Source of the DNA: Alphaproteobacteria bacterium
GTDB lineage: Bacteria; Pseudomonadota; Alphaproteobacteria; MPNO01
NCBI GenBank assembly: GCA_964291675.2
Contig: OZ219866.1
Location: forward strand, 3,168,001 to 3,232,000
Reading direction: 5' to 3'
Length of the DNA stretch: 64,000 nt
Positions 40,186-49,214 of this stretch are shown one piece after another. Under the pieces are notes generated by a model. That model saw nothing but the letters and a program-made list of their open reading frames with translations, was not told the DNA's origin and made no database searches. Position 1 is the stretch's first letter. Each line of letters begins with the position of its first letter. The position numbers were made by a program, and so were the translations under genes.

Positions 40186-40698
40186 ATGAACGACACCGCC
40201 GGGCCTGACTTCCCCACTTGGCTGCGCATCCCCTCGGATTCGCTCGCCGCGGTTGCCGGCGTGCTCATCCTGGTGATGATGGTGCATGTGACCGCCGACG
40301 TGTTCGGCCGTCTCGCCTTCAGCGCGCCGATCGACGGCACGCTGGAGATCGTCGCCGGCTACTACATGGTGGCGGTGGTGTTCCTGCCGCTCGCCCATAT
40401 CAGCCGCGGCGAGGGGCATATCTTCATCGAGCTCTTCACCCGCGGGCTGCCGCAGCGCGTGCGGTCCTGCCTCGACGCGGCGGCGGCCACGCTCACCCTG
40501 TTCTATGTCGCGCTGATGGCCTGGCAGACCGCCATCGAGGCGCTGATCCAGACCGAGGGCGGCGAGCTGTGGGAGACCGCCGACGACCTGATCGTCATCT
40601 GGCCGAGCCGCTGGCTGATCCCCATCGGCTGCGCGCTGATGGCGGTGCTGTTCGCCTGCCTGGTGCTGCGCCACGCCCGCGCGGGCAGCGCGCGGTGA
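40186..40698 (+). CDS. dctQ: TRAP transporter small permease
   Basis: DVFGRLAFSAPIDGTLEIV, HIFIELF, four TM helices. Confidence 0.88.
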   Translation: MNDTAGPDFPTWLRIPSDSLAAVAGVLILVMMVHVTADVFGRLAFSAPIDGTLEIVAGYYMVAVVFLPLAHISRGEGHIFIELFTRGLPQRVRSCLDAAAATLTLFYVALMAWQTAIEALIQTEGGELWETADDLIVIWPSRWLIPIGCALMAVLFACLVLRHARAGSAR

Positions 40699-42002
40699 CC
40701 CCCCTCGACATCGGCTTCATCGGGATCGGCGCGGTGATCGTGCTGATCGCGCTCCGCGTGCCGATCGGGGCTGCGCTCGGCCTCGTCGCCTTCTTCGGGA
40801 TCGTCAGCCTGCGCAATGTCGACGTCGCCTTCTCGGCGCTGAGGACGACGCCGTTCGAGTTCGCCGCCCACTGGTCGCTCTCGGCCATCCCGATGTTCCT
40901 GCTGATGGGGGCGGTCGCCTATTACTCGGGGATCAGCTCGGCGCTGTTCAACGCGGCGAGGCTGTGGCTGGGCGCGCTGCCGGGCGGGCTCGCCGTGGCG
41001 GCGACCTTCGCCTGCGCCGGCTTCGCCGCGGCGTCGGGCGCATCCATCGCCACCGCGGCGGCGATGGGCCGCATCACCATCCCGGAGATGCTCGCCATCA
41101 ACTACGACAAGGGGCTGGCGGCCGGGGTGGTGGCGAGCGCGGGCACGCTGGGGACGCTGATCCCGCCCTCGATCCTGATGGTGCTCTACGGCATCTTCGC
41201 CGAGGTCTCGGTGAGCAAGCTGTTCATCGCGGGCATTCTGCCGGGCATCCTGACGGCGTTCGTCTACAGCGCGATGATCGTGGTGCGCTGCCGGCTCAAC
41301 CCGGCGCTCGCGCCCAATATCGACTTCGAGGCCACCTGGGGCGAGCGCTTCGCCGCGCTCAAGGAGATCTGGCCGCTGGCCGCCCTGGTGGCCGGCATCA
41401 TCGGCGGGCTCTATGCCGGCGTGTTCACCGCGACCGAGGCCGGCGCCGCCGGCGCCTCGCTCGCCATCGTCATCGTATGGCTGCAGGGCAAGCTCACCCT
41501 GGAGCGGCTGAAGCTGAGCGTGCTGGAGGCGCTGAGCAGCACCGCGCGCATCTTCTTCGTCGCGGTCGGGGCGGTGCTGCTGACCCGCTTCCTGGCGCTC
41601 ACCGGGGTGCCCGGGTATCTCGCCGAGGTGGTCGGCGGCTGGGCCGGCGATCCGCTGCTGCTGGTGATCGCCGCCTCGCTGATCTACATCGTGCTCGGCA
41701 TGTTCCTCGACCCGCTCGGCGTGATGCTGCTCACGCTGCCGCTCTTCCTGCCGATGTTCACCGCGCTCGACCTGGACCTGATCTGGTTCGGCATCCTGGT
41801 CATCAAGTATCTCGAAATCGGGATGATCACCCCGCCGGTGGGCATGAACGTCTATGTCATCAAGAGCGTGGTCGGCGACAGGATCGAGCTCGAAACGATC
41901 TTCAAGGGCGTCGCGTGGTTCCTGGTCTGCGACATCGTGGTCATCGCGCTGATCGTCGCCTACCCCGACATTGCGCTGCTCCTGCCCGGCATGATGAGAT
42001 GA
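40695..42002 (+). CDS. dctM: TRAP transporter large permease
   Basis: AIPMFLLMG, GTLGTLIPPS, FTATEAG, ITPPVGMN. Confidence 0.92.
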   Translation: MTPLDIGFIGIGAVIVLIALRVPIGAALGLVAFFGIVSLRNVDVAFSALRTTPFEFAAHWSLSAIPMFLLMGAVAYYSGISSALFNAARLWLGALPGGLAVAATFACAGFAAASGASIATAAAMGRITIPEMLAINYDKGLAAGVVASAGTLGTLIPPSILMVLYGIFAEVSVSKLFIAGILPGILTAFVYSAMIVVRCRLNPALAPNIDFEATWGERFAALKEIWPLAALVAGIIGGLYAGVFTATEAGAAGASLAIVIVWLQGKLTLERLKLSVLEALSSTARIFFVAVGAVLLTRFLALTGVPGYLAEVVGGWAGDPLLLVIAASLIYIVLGMFLDPLGVMLLTLPLFLPMFTALDLDLIWFGILVIKYLEIGMITPPVGMNVYVIKSVVGDRIELETIFKGVAWFLVCDIVVIALIVAYPDIALLLPGMMR

Positions 42003-42031
42003 CCGCAACCGAAAAACGGGAGGAAGGGAAC

Positions 42032-43147
42032 ATGAAACGGCTTGGATACGCGGCGCTTCTGGCCGCCGGCGCGCTCGCGCTCGCGCAGCACGCCGCGGCG
42101 CGCGATCTGGTGTTCGGCAGCGCCCTGCCGCCGCAGCACAACGTCAACACAAAGGGGCTCGCCCCCACCTTCGAGGCGCTCGCCAAGGCGACCGGCGGCA
42201 AGCTCAAGTGGAAGCTGCTCACCGGCGGCCAGCTCTTCGGGCTGCGCGCCTCGCTCACCAATGTCGGCGGCGGGGTGGCGGACGGCGCGATCATCATCCC
42301 GAGCTTCGTCCAGTCCAAGATCCCGCATGTCTACACGATCACCGACATGTCGCTGTTCGCCGAGGATCCGCTGGTGGCGGCGGGTGCTTCCGCCGAGACG
42401 ATCTTCCACGACTGTCCGGAATGCCTGGCCGATTTCCGCAAGCAGAAGACCGTGCCGCTCGGCTTCTACGGGCTCAACACCTACAAGCTCCTGTGCAACA
42501 CCAGGGTGACCAGCCTCGCCGAGGTCAAGGGCAAGCGCATGCGGACCTCCGGCGCCGCCGGGCGCTGGGCCAGGGCGATGGGCGGGACGCCGGTCTCCAT
42601 GAGCGGCTCCGACATGATCGAGGCGCTGCAGCGCGGCCAGATCGACTGCGCGATCGGCCCGCTGGCCTGGGTCAAGGCCTATTCGATCGGCGAGCACATC
42701 AAATACGTGCTCGATTTCCCGATGGGCAATTTTGCCGCCGCGGCCCATTTCGTGATGAACCGGGGAGCCTGGGACGCGCTGCCGCTCGAACACAAGCAGG
42801 CGCTCGTCGACGCCATGCCGCTGTCCGGGGCGATGACCACCATCGACGGCTACGCCAGGGACGAGAAGACCGGCATCGAGATGGTGCTCTCGGCGGGCGG
42901 CGTGTTCACCAAGGGCGGCAAGGAGTTCTCCGACCTGAGGGCGGGCTACCTCGCGAAGGAGCTGGACGCCGTCATCGCCGGCGCCAAGAGGCGCCGGGTC
43001 GAGGACCCGCAGAAGGTCATCGACGCCTATCGCGCCAATGTCGCGAAGTGGGAGAAGCTGCTCGCCGGCAAGACCCGCGACACCGCGACCTTCCAGGCGC
43101 TGCTGAAGGAGCACGTCTACGACCGGATCGACCCGGCCAAGCTGTAG
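42032..43147 (+). CDS. dctP: TRAP transporter substrate-binding protein
   Basis: Signal peptide, TGGQL, VKGKRMRT, ALQRGQIDC, MNRGAWDALP. Confidence 0.85.
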   Translation: MKRLGYAALLAAGALALAQHAAARDLVFGSALPPQHNVNTKGLAPTFEALAKATGGKLKWKLLTGGQLFGLRASLTNVGGGVADGAIIIPSFVQSKIPHVYTITDMSLFAEDPLVAAGASAETIFHDCPECLADFRKQKTVPLGFYGLNTYKLLCNTRVTSLAEVKGKRMRTSGAAGRWARAMGGTPVSMSGSDMIEALQRGQIDCAIGPLAWVKAYSIGEHIKYVLDFPMGNFAAAAHFVMNRGAWDALPLEHKQALVDAMPLSGAMTTIDGYARDEKTGIEMVLSAGGVFTKGGKEFSDLRAGYLAKELDAVIAGAKRRRVEDPQKVIDAYRANVAKWEKLLAGKTRDTATFQALLKEHVYDRIDPAKL

Positions 43148-43223
43148 GGCCGTTGCGGGCGGCCATGGACGGGGCCGCGACAGGCTCCGAATGCGCATGA
43201 AATTCTGAAACGGGACGCCGGGG

Positions 43224-43333
43224 CGTCCTTCGATACGCCCCCTGCGGTGGCTGCTCGGGACGAGGAGAGGTTGGTAGGGCGCAAGAAAAACCCCTCGTCC
43301 CGGGCAGGCGCATCGGCGCCGTATCGAGGGACG
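43224..43333. repeat. Inverted REP-like pair, class 2
   Basis: GCGTCCTTCGATACG...GGGACGAGG / CCTCGTCCCG...CGTATCGAGGGACGC. Confidence 0.65.
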
Positions 43334-43348
43334 CCCGGCGCGGTCCAC

Positions 43349-44464
43349 ATGCGGGACCGGCTGGCGATGCACAACGCCAACCGGTTCAAGCTCGGGCTGT
43401 TCGGCGCCAACTGCTCGTCGGGCCGGGCGGTGACCGGGGTGCCCGAACGCTGGTCTGGCAACTGGCCCGACAATTTGGCGCTGGCGCGGATGGCGGACGA
43501 GGCCGGCATCGACTTCATGCTGCCGATCGGCCGCTGGAAGGGCTATGGCGGGGACACCGACTACCAGGGGGAAACCCTCGAATCGGTAACCTGGGCGACC
43601 GCGCTGCTGGCGCATACGAGGCGCATGACGGTGTTCGCGACGGTGCATGCGCCGCTGCTGCATCCGGTCATCGCCGCCAAGTCCTTCGTCACCGCCGACC
43701 TGGTGGGGGAGGGGCGGTTCGGCGTCAACATCGTCTGCGGCTGGAACGAGGGCGAGTTCGCCATGTTCGGCGTCGCCCAGCGCGACCACGAGGCGCGCTA
43801 CGCCTACGGCCAGGAATGGATCGACGCGATCCGCGCGATGTGGCAGCGCGACGACGCGTTCGATTTCGACGGTGAGTTCCTAAGACTCCGCGAGGTACGC
43901 TCCGCGCCCAAGCCCTACGGGAAGTCGCGGCCGCTGCTGATGAACGCGGGCGCTTCGCCGACCGGGCGGGAGTTCGCGGTGCGCAACTGCGATGCGCTGT
44001 TCTCGACGCGGCGGCAGGCGGCGACGATCGACGAGTTCGCCGCGGACATCCGCGCCGCCAAGCGCCTCGCCGCCGAGCACGGCCGCGAGATCGACGTCTA
44101 CTCGGTGGGCGTGGTGACCTGTCGGCCGACGATGCGGGAGGCCGAGGAGTACCACCGCCGCTGCGTCATCGACCACGCCGACTGGGCGGCGGTCGACAAC
44201 ATTCTGGCGATGCGAGGGATGCACCCGAAAGACTTTCCCGCCGCCGAGTTCGACGAGCTTCGCAGGCAGATCGCGCACGGGCTCGGCGGCATCCCGATCG
44301 TCGGCGACCCCGACCGTGTCGCCGCCGAGATCGCCCGCTTCGCCGAGGCCGGGCTGCGCGGCATCGGCGTCTCCTTCGTCAACTACGCCGCCGAGCTGCC
44401 GTTCTTCTGCGCCGAAATCCTGCCCCGCCTGGAGCGCATGGGCCTGCGCGAGAAGCGGCGGTAG
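43349..44464 (+). CDS. LLM-class (luciferase-like) flavin-dependent monooxygenase
   Basis: FKLGLFGANCSSG, PIGRWKGYGG, FATVH, GRFGVNIVCGWN, MNAGAS. Confidence 0.9.
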   Translation: MRDRLAMHNANRFKLGLFGANCSSGRAVTGVPERWSGNWPDNLALARMADEAGIDFMLPIGRWKGYGGDTDYQGETLESVTWATALLAHTRRMTVFATVHAPLLHPVIAAKSFVTADLVGEGRFGVNIVCGWNEGEFAMFGVAQRDHEARYAYGQEWIDAIRAMWQRDDAFDFDGEFLRLREVRSAPKPYGKSRPLLMNAGASPTGREFAVRNCDALFSTRRQAATIDEFAADIRAAKRLAAEHGREIDVYSVGVVTCRPTMREAEEYHRRCVIDHADWAAVDNILAMRGMHPKDFPAAEFDELRRQIAHGLGGIPIVGDPDRVAAEIARFAEAGLRGIGVSFVNYAAELPFFCAEILPRLERMGLREKRR

Positions 44465-44531
44465 CGGGGCCGCCGCCCGCGAGGCGAGCGGTGGCGAGAG
44501 GTGCCGGCGCCAGTGGATGCCCGGACCGGTT

Positions 44532-44813
44532 CCATTGCTGTCCGGTTTGGTATTTCGACGCGGCCTCCGTGACCATGAGCATCGACGTCTCGGCCCCCCT
44601 TTTGTCACCCCGGACGCCGATCCGGGGGAAGCCGGGCGACGACGGTGCCCGTGGCTCTGGGCCCCGGATCAAGTCCGGGCTGACAAAAGGGGGGACAGAG
44701 ACGGCAAATGCGGACGTGCCGCGATCCGTGTCCCGATTCGGCCGATGCGCCGATATCCCGTCCGTAGCAAGGGCTTGGACCCCGTCCAACTCAGCTAAAC
44801 CGGACAGCAGTGG
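44532..44813. mobile_element. MITE-like element, copy 2 (282 bp), inserted in a REP palindrome
   Basis: TIRs CCATTGCTGTCCGGTTTGG and CTAAACCGGACAGCAGTGG. Flanks GTGGATGCCCGGA.. and ..TCGAGTCCGGCCATGAC are the two halves of a class 1 REP. Confidence 0.7.
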
Positions 44814-44975
44814 ATCGAGTCCGGCCATGACCGGGCGGCGACGTTCCGGGCATTCATGGGCGCCGCCTTTCCCCACCGGCCGCCTGGCGGGCGGAGAGGG
44901 TCGGGCCGTGTTTCCCGGCTGAAGCCGCGCGCCGCATCGACGATCGCGGCGAGAAGGCCGAAGCCTGCGAGCTCC

Positions 44976-45004
44976 TCGACAGCCCGCCGGATCGCGGCTA
45001 GGCT
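44976..45004 (+). promoter_or_regulatory. Sigma70-like promoter for a leaderless mRNA (same sequence upstream of all three cassette genes)
   Basis: TCGACA-17 nt-TAGGCT, then 6 nt to ATG 45011. No Shine-Dalgarno sequence. Confidence 0.55.
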
Positions 45005-45010
45005 CGCGCC

Positions 45011-45283
45011 ATGTCCGCCGAGCTGATCGCCATAATCGCCGTCGGGGTCGCCTTGGGATCGCTCACGGCGGGTCTGATTCTGCGGATCGACCGGCGGATG
45101 GACCGGCTCGAAACCCGGATGGACCGGCTCGAAACCCGGCTCGAAACCCGGATCGACGGCTATATCGCCGAGGCCGGCAACGACCGCCGCGCGTTCCAGG
45201 CCGCGATGGACGACTTCCGCCGGGAGATGCAGCGCCTCGCCGAGCGCCAGTCCCACGTCGAAGGCCTGCGCGCCGCCGAGTAA
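45011..45283 (+). CDS. Small N-terminally membrane-anchored coiled-coil protein, copy 1 (90 aa)
   Basis: Hydrophobic N-terminus, (M/I)DRLETR repeats, and a C-terminus identical in the three copies. Confidence 0.8.
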   Translation: MSAELIAIIAVGVALGSLTAGLILRIDRRMDRLETRMDRLETRLETRIDGYIAEAGNDRRAFQAAMDDFRREMQRLAERQSHVEGLRAAE

Positions 45284-45864
45284 GCGGCCGCCTCCTCGCC
45301 GCCGTCCCTGCGGCGGCTTCCCTCGCCGTCGCCGATGCGCTCGAACCCCTCAGGGTCCGCCACGCCGACCTGCCCGCGACCTCGCAACCGATGTGGCGCG
45401 CGATCCGCGACGCGGCGGTGGGGCAAAGCGTCCTTCGACACGCCCCGGATCGGGTCCGGGGGTGTTCCACTGCTGTCCGGTCTGGATTTTCGACGCGGGC
45501 CGCACCCGGCTCTCCTTGCTCCTCCACCGCCACCACCCCGTCATGGCCGGACTTGATCCGGCCATCCATGCGGCATCCGCGCGCACGGCGATCCGGCTGG
45601 AAGGATGCCGATGGGGCGGGCCGCACCCGGCTCGCCATGCACAGCCCATGGATGCCCGGATCACCCCCGGACTTGATCCGGGGGCCGGGCATGACGACAT
45701 GAGGGCAGGTAGGACGTCGACCATGACCGGCGGCGGTCCCCTCGTCGATCCGCGCCATCCGACAGCTCGTCAAGTAATCTGGATAAGCCCCTATCGAAGA
45801 ACGGCCCCGGTGCGGAGCCTGCGAGCTCCTCGACAGCCCGCCGGATCGCGGCTAGGCTCGCGCC

Positions 45865-46158
45865 ATGTCGGCAGAGCTGATCGCCATAATCGCCGTCGGG
45901 GTCGCCCTGGGATCGCTCACGGCGGGTCTGATTCTGCGGATCGACCGCCGGATCGACCGGCTCGAAACCCGGCTTGAAGCCCGGATGGACCGGCTAGAAA
46001 CCCGGATGGACCGGCTCGAAACCCGGATCGACGGCTATATCGCCGAGGCCGGCAACGACCGCCGCGCGTTCCAGGCCGCGATGGACGACTTCCGCCGGGA
46101 GATGCAGCGCCTCGCCGAGCGCCAGTCCCACGTCGAAGGCCTGCGCGCCGCCGAGTAA
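45865..46158 (+). CDS. Small membrane-anchored coiled-coil protein, copy 2 (97 aa)
   Basis: Near-identical to copy 1, one heptad longer. Confidence 0.8.
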   Translation: MSAELIAIIAVGVALGSLTAGLILRIDRRIDRLETRLEARMDRLETRMDRLETRIDGYIAEAGNDRRAFQAAMDDFRREMQRLAERQSHVEGLRAAE

Positions 46159-46481
46159 ACGGCCGCCTCCTCGCCGCCGTCCCTGCGGCGGCTTGCCTCG
46201 CCGTCGCCGATGCGCTCGAACTCCTCGGGGTCCGCCACGCCGGCCTGCCCGCGACCTCGCAACCGATGTGGCGCGCGATCCGCGACGCGGCCGTGGGGCA
46301 AAGCGCCCTTCGATACGCCCCGGATCGGGTCCGGGGCTACTCGGGATGAGGGGTTTCTCTTTGGCCCAGCCAACCTCTCCTCATTCCCGGTGGCCCCTGA
46401 AGGGGGCGTATCGAAGAACGGCCCCGGTGCGGAGCCTGCGAGCTCCTCGACAGCCCGCCGGATCGCGGCTAGGCTCGCGCC

Positions 46482-46721
46482 ATGTCGGTCGAGCTGATCG
46501 CCATGCTCGCCGTCGGGGTCGCCCTGGGATCGCTCACGGCGGGCCTGACTCTGCGGATCGACCAGCGGATGGACCGGCTCGAAACCCGGCTCGACGGCTA
46601 TATCGCCGAGGCCGGCAACGACCGCCGCGCGTTCCAGGCCGCGATGGACGACTTCCGCCGGGAGATGCAGCGCCTCGCCGAGCGCCAGTCCCACGTCGAA
46701 GGCCTGCGCGCCGCCGAGTAA
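46482..46721 (+). CDS. Small membrane-anchored coiled-coil protein, copy 3 (79 aa)
   Basis: Near-identical to copy 1, 11 aa shorter. Confidence 0.8.
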   Translation: MSVELIAMLAVGVALGSLTAGLTLRIDQRMDRLETRLDGYIAEAGNDRRAFQAAMDDFRREMQRLAERQSHVEGLRAAE

Positions 46722-47150
46722 ACGGCCGCCTCCTCGCCGCCGTCCCTGCGGCGGCTTGCCTCGCCGTCGCCGATGCGCTCGAACCCCTCGGTGTCCGCCA
46801 CGCCGGCCTGCCCGCAACCTCGCAACCGATGTGGCGCGCGATCCGCGACGCGGCGGTGGGCCAGAGCGCCCTTCGATACATCCCGGATCGGGTCCGGGGG
46901 GACAAAAGGGGGGACAAGGACGGCGAATGCGGGCGTGCCGCGATCCGTGTCCCGATCCGGCCGATGCGCCGATATCCCGTCCGTACCAAGGGCTTGCACC
47001 CCGTCCAACTCAGCTGAACCGGACAGCAGTGGATCGAGTCCGGGCATGACGGTGGGGGGCGATAGCGGCTCCCCCCACCCGTCATGGCCGGACGTGATCC
47101 GGCCATCCATGCCGCCGTCCGCACGGCCGCCGGACGGAAGGGGGCGCGCC

Positions 47151-47702
47151 CTACGCCGCGAGGTGCGACGGCCAGTCGGGCGGGGCCTCGGCGTCGACGA
47201 CATTGGCCATCATCGCGGTCTTGCAGAAATGGCCGATTGCGCCGACCAGGTCGGCCATGCGGCGATAGCCCAGTACCCGTTCGGCTGCGGCGAACCCCGC
47301 GGCGTCCAGCGTGCCGGTCGCCAGCAGCTCGCGCGCCGCGTCGTGGACCGCCTCGTCCTCGCGGGTCGCGAAGCCGGGCCGCTCGCGCGCGTTCACCGCG
47401 TCGACGACCGCGCGATCCAGCCCCGCCTCCAGCGCCATCCGCGCCTGCGCCGCCCAGGGATAGGCGGCGTTCCAGCGCCTGGCCGTCAGCAGCGCCACCA
47501 GGCGAAGCTGCGGCAGGGTGAGCGAGCAGCGGTTCTCGAAATAGTCGGTCGCCGCGTTGTTGGTCTCCCACATGCCGGGCGCATGGGCGTAGCCGACGGC
47601 GGGCCCGCGCCCGACCCGCCCGGTCGCCGCCACGGTCTCGTCGTAGACCCGCTTGCCCTCGTCGTCCATCTCGTCGCGGGTGAGCGGGGGTATCCTGGTC
47701 AT
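47151..47702 (-). CDS. Carboxymuconolactone decarboxylase/AhpD-like family protein
   Basis: MTRIPPLTRDEM...LVALLTARRWNAAYPW...ALEAGL...ARELL. Confidence 0.8.
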   Translation of the reverse strand: MTRIPPLTRDEMDDEGKRVYDETVAATGRVGRGPAVGYAHAPGMWETNNAATDYFENRCSLTLPQLRLVALLTARRWNAAYPWAAQARMALEAGLDRAVVDAVNARERPGFATREDEAVHDAARELLATGTLDAAGFAAAERVLGYRRMADLVGAIGHFCKTAMMANVVDAEAPPDWPSHLAA

Positions 47703-47718
47703 GCGTCGCCTCCGGGTT

Positions 47719-48102
47719 TCAGACCGGCCGGCCGCCGGTGTGGGAAGAGGTGATCTTGAGACGATAGCCGTCGGGGAACGGGATGGTGAAGGAGGAGTGG
47801 ATCGATCCCGAGGCGATCTCCGACGGCTCCAGCCCCATCTCGCAATAACGCGCATGCGTCGCCCGGACGTCGTCGACCATCAGGTCGATCGGCGCCATCT
47901 GGCCGTCCGCGATCTCGTGCTCCCCGGCGCGGACGATCAGATGGGTGCCGCCGCGCAGCTCCAGCACCGCGTAGGACTCCCCCCGCGTCACCGGGCGGAC
48001 CCCCAGCCGCTCCAGCAGATCGCACGCTTCGCCGAGGCTGTTGACGTCCAGCCTGACATGGCCGATCGCGACTTCCGGCCTGGGATCGCCTGGCTCGGTC
48101 AT
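47719..48102 (-). CDS. VOC (glyoxalase/bleomycin resistance) family protein
   Basis: AIGHVRL, VLELRGGTHL, DLMVDDV, PDGY. Confidence 0.82.
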   Translation of the reverse strand: MTEPGDPRPEVAIGHVRLDVNSLGEACDLLERLGVRPVTRGESYAVLELRGGTHLIVRAGEHEIADGQMAPIDLMVDDVRATHARYCEMGLEPSEIASGSIHSSFTIPFPDGYRLKITSSHTGGRPV

Positions 48103-48193
48103 ATCGTCCCTCCCCTGTCCAGGTGCCGAGCGTGACTCGAAACCGCCCGCCAGGCAATCCGGCATCGGGCGGTAACGTGCTACAAATCCCGCC

Positions 48194-49180
48194 ATGCGCA
48201 TCCCGACCTATGACGACGTCACGGCCGCGCATGAGCGGATCGCGCCCCATGTCCACCGCACCCCGGTGCTGACCTCGGCCTCGCTCGACCGCCTGGCCGG
48301 GGCCGGGCTGTTCTTCAAATGCGAGAATTTCCAGCGCGCCGGCGCGTTCAAGGCGCGCGGCGCGTCGAACGCGGTGTTCGGCCTCTCCGGCGCGGAGGCG
48401 GCGGGCGGGGTGGCGACGCACAGCTCGGGCAATCATGCGCAGGCGCTCGCCTGGGCCGCCCGAAGGCGCGGCATCCCGTGCCACGTGGTGATGCCCGACG
48501 ACGCCGTTGCCGCCAAGAAGCAGGCGGTGGCGGGCTATGGCGGCAGGATCGTCGAGTGCGAGCCGTCCTATCCGGCGCGCGACGCGGCGCTCGCCGGGGT
48601 GCTGCGAGAGACCGGCGCCGCCTTCGTCCACCCCTACGACGATTTTAGGGTGATCGCCGGCCAGGCCACCTGCGCGCGCGAGCTGGTGGACCAGACCGGC
48701 GGGCTCGACGCAGTCATCGCCCCCATCGGCGGCGGCGGCATGGTGTCCGGGATCTGCCTTGCGCTCTCCGCCATCGCCCCGGACACCGAGGTCTACGCCG
48801 CCGAGCCCGAGCAGGCCGACGATGCCGCGCGCAGCCTGCGCGCCGGGCGCATCGTGGTCGACGAGGCGCCGCAGACCATCGCCGACGGGCTCAAGGCGCC
48901 GCTCGGCGCGCTCACCTGGCACTTCGTGTCGGGCGGCGTCGCCGACATCCTCACGGTGTCGGAACGCGAGATCGTCGCGGCGACGAAGCTGATGTGGACC
49001 CGGCTCAAGACCGTGGTCGAGCCCTCGGGCGCGGTGCCGCTCGCCGCCATCCTCAAGCACCCGGGGGTCTTTGCCGGCCGGCGGGTCGGCGTCGTGGTCA
49101 CCGGCGGCAATGTCGATCCCGACCGGCTGCCCTGGATGGCGGGCCGATGCCATCCCCATCCGGGCCGCCGTCCGATATGA
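48194..49180 (+). CDS. bhcB: PLP-dependent beta-hydroxyaspartate dehydratase-like enzyme (serine/threonine dehydratase family)
   Basis: IPTYDDV..AHERI.PH, FKCENFQ..GAFKARGA.NAVFGL, THSSGNH, PIGGGGM, AEPEQADDA, TGGNVD..LPW closely recall BhcB. Confidence 0.78.
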   Translation: MRIPTYDDVTAAHERIAPHVHRTPVLTSASLDRLAGAGLFFKCENFQRAGAFKARGASNAVFGLSGAEAAGGVATHSSGNHAQALAWAARRRGIPCHVVMPDDAVAAKKQAVAGYGGRIVECEPSYPARDAALAGVLRETGAAFVHPYDDFRVIAGQATCARELVDQTGGLDAVIAPIGGGGMVSGICLALSAIAPDTEVYAAEPEQADDAARSLRAGRIVVDEAPQTIADGLKAPLGALTWHFVSGGVADILTVSEREIVAATKLMWTRLKTVVEPSGAVPLAAILKHPGVFAGRRVGVVVTGGNVDPDRLPWMAGRCHPHPGRRPI

Positions 49181-49214
49181 TCGGCAAGCGAGCGAAGATG
49201 GGAGCGCGATCCAA

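Larger units (their letters stand above)
45467..47032. mobile_element. Composite MITE-bounded segment (1566 bp) enclosing cassette copies 2 and 3
   Basis: Left TIR CCACTGCTGTCCGGTCTGG at 45467 and right TIR CTGAACCGGACAGCAGTGG ending 47032, with the same two subterminal types as copy 2. Confidence 0.55.

Noticed and set aside
44963-46899. CRISPR array or DGR template/variable repeats
   Set aside because: Units are ~500 bp and coding, with no unique spacers, cas genes or RT. Differences are in-frame indels, not adenine-specific substitutions.
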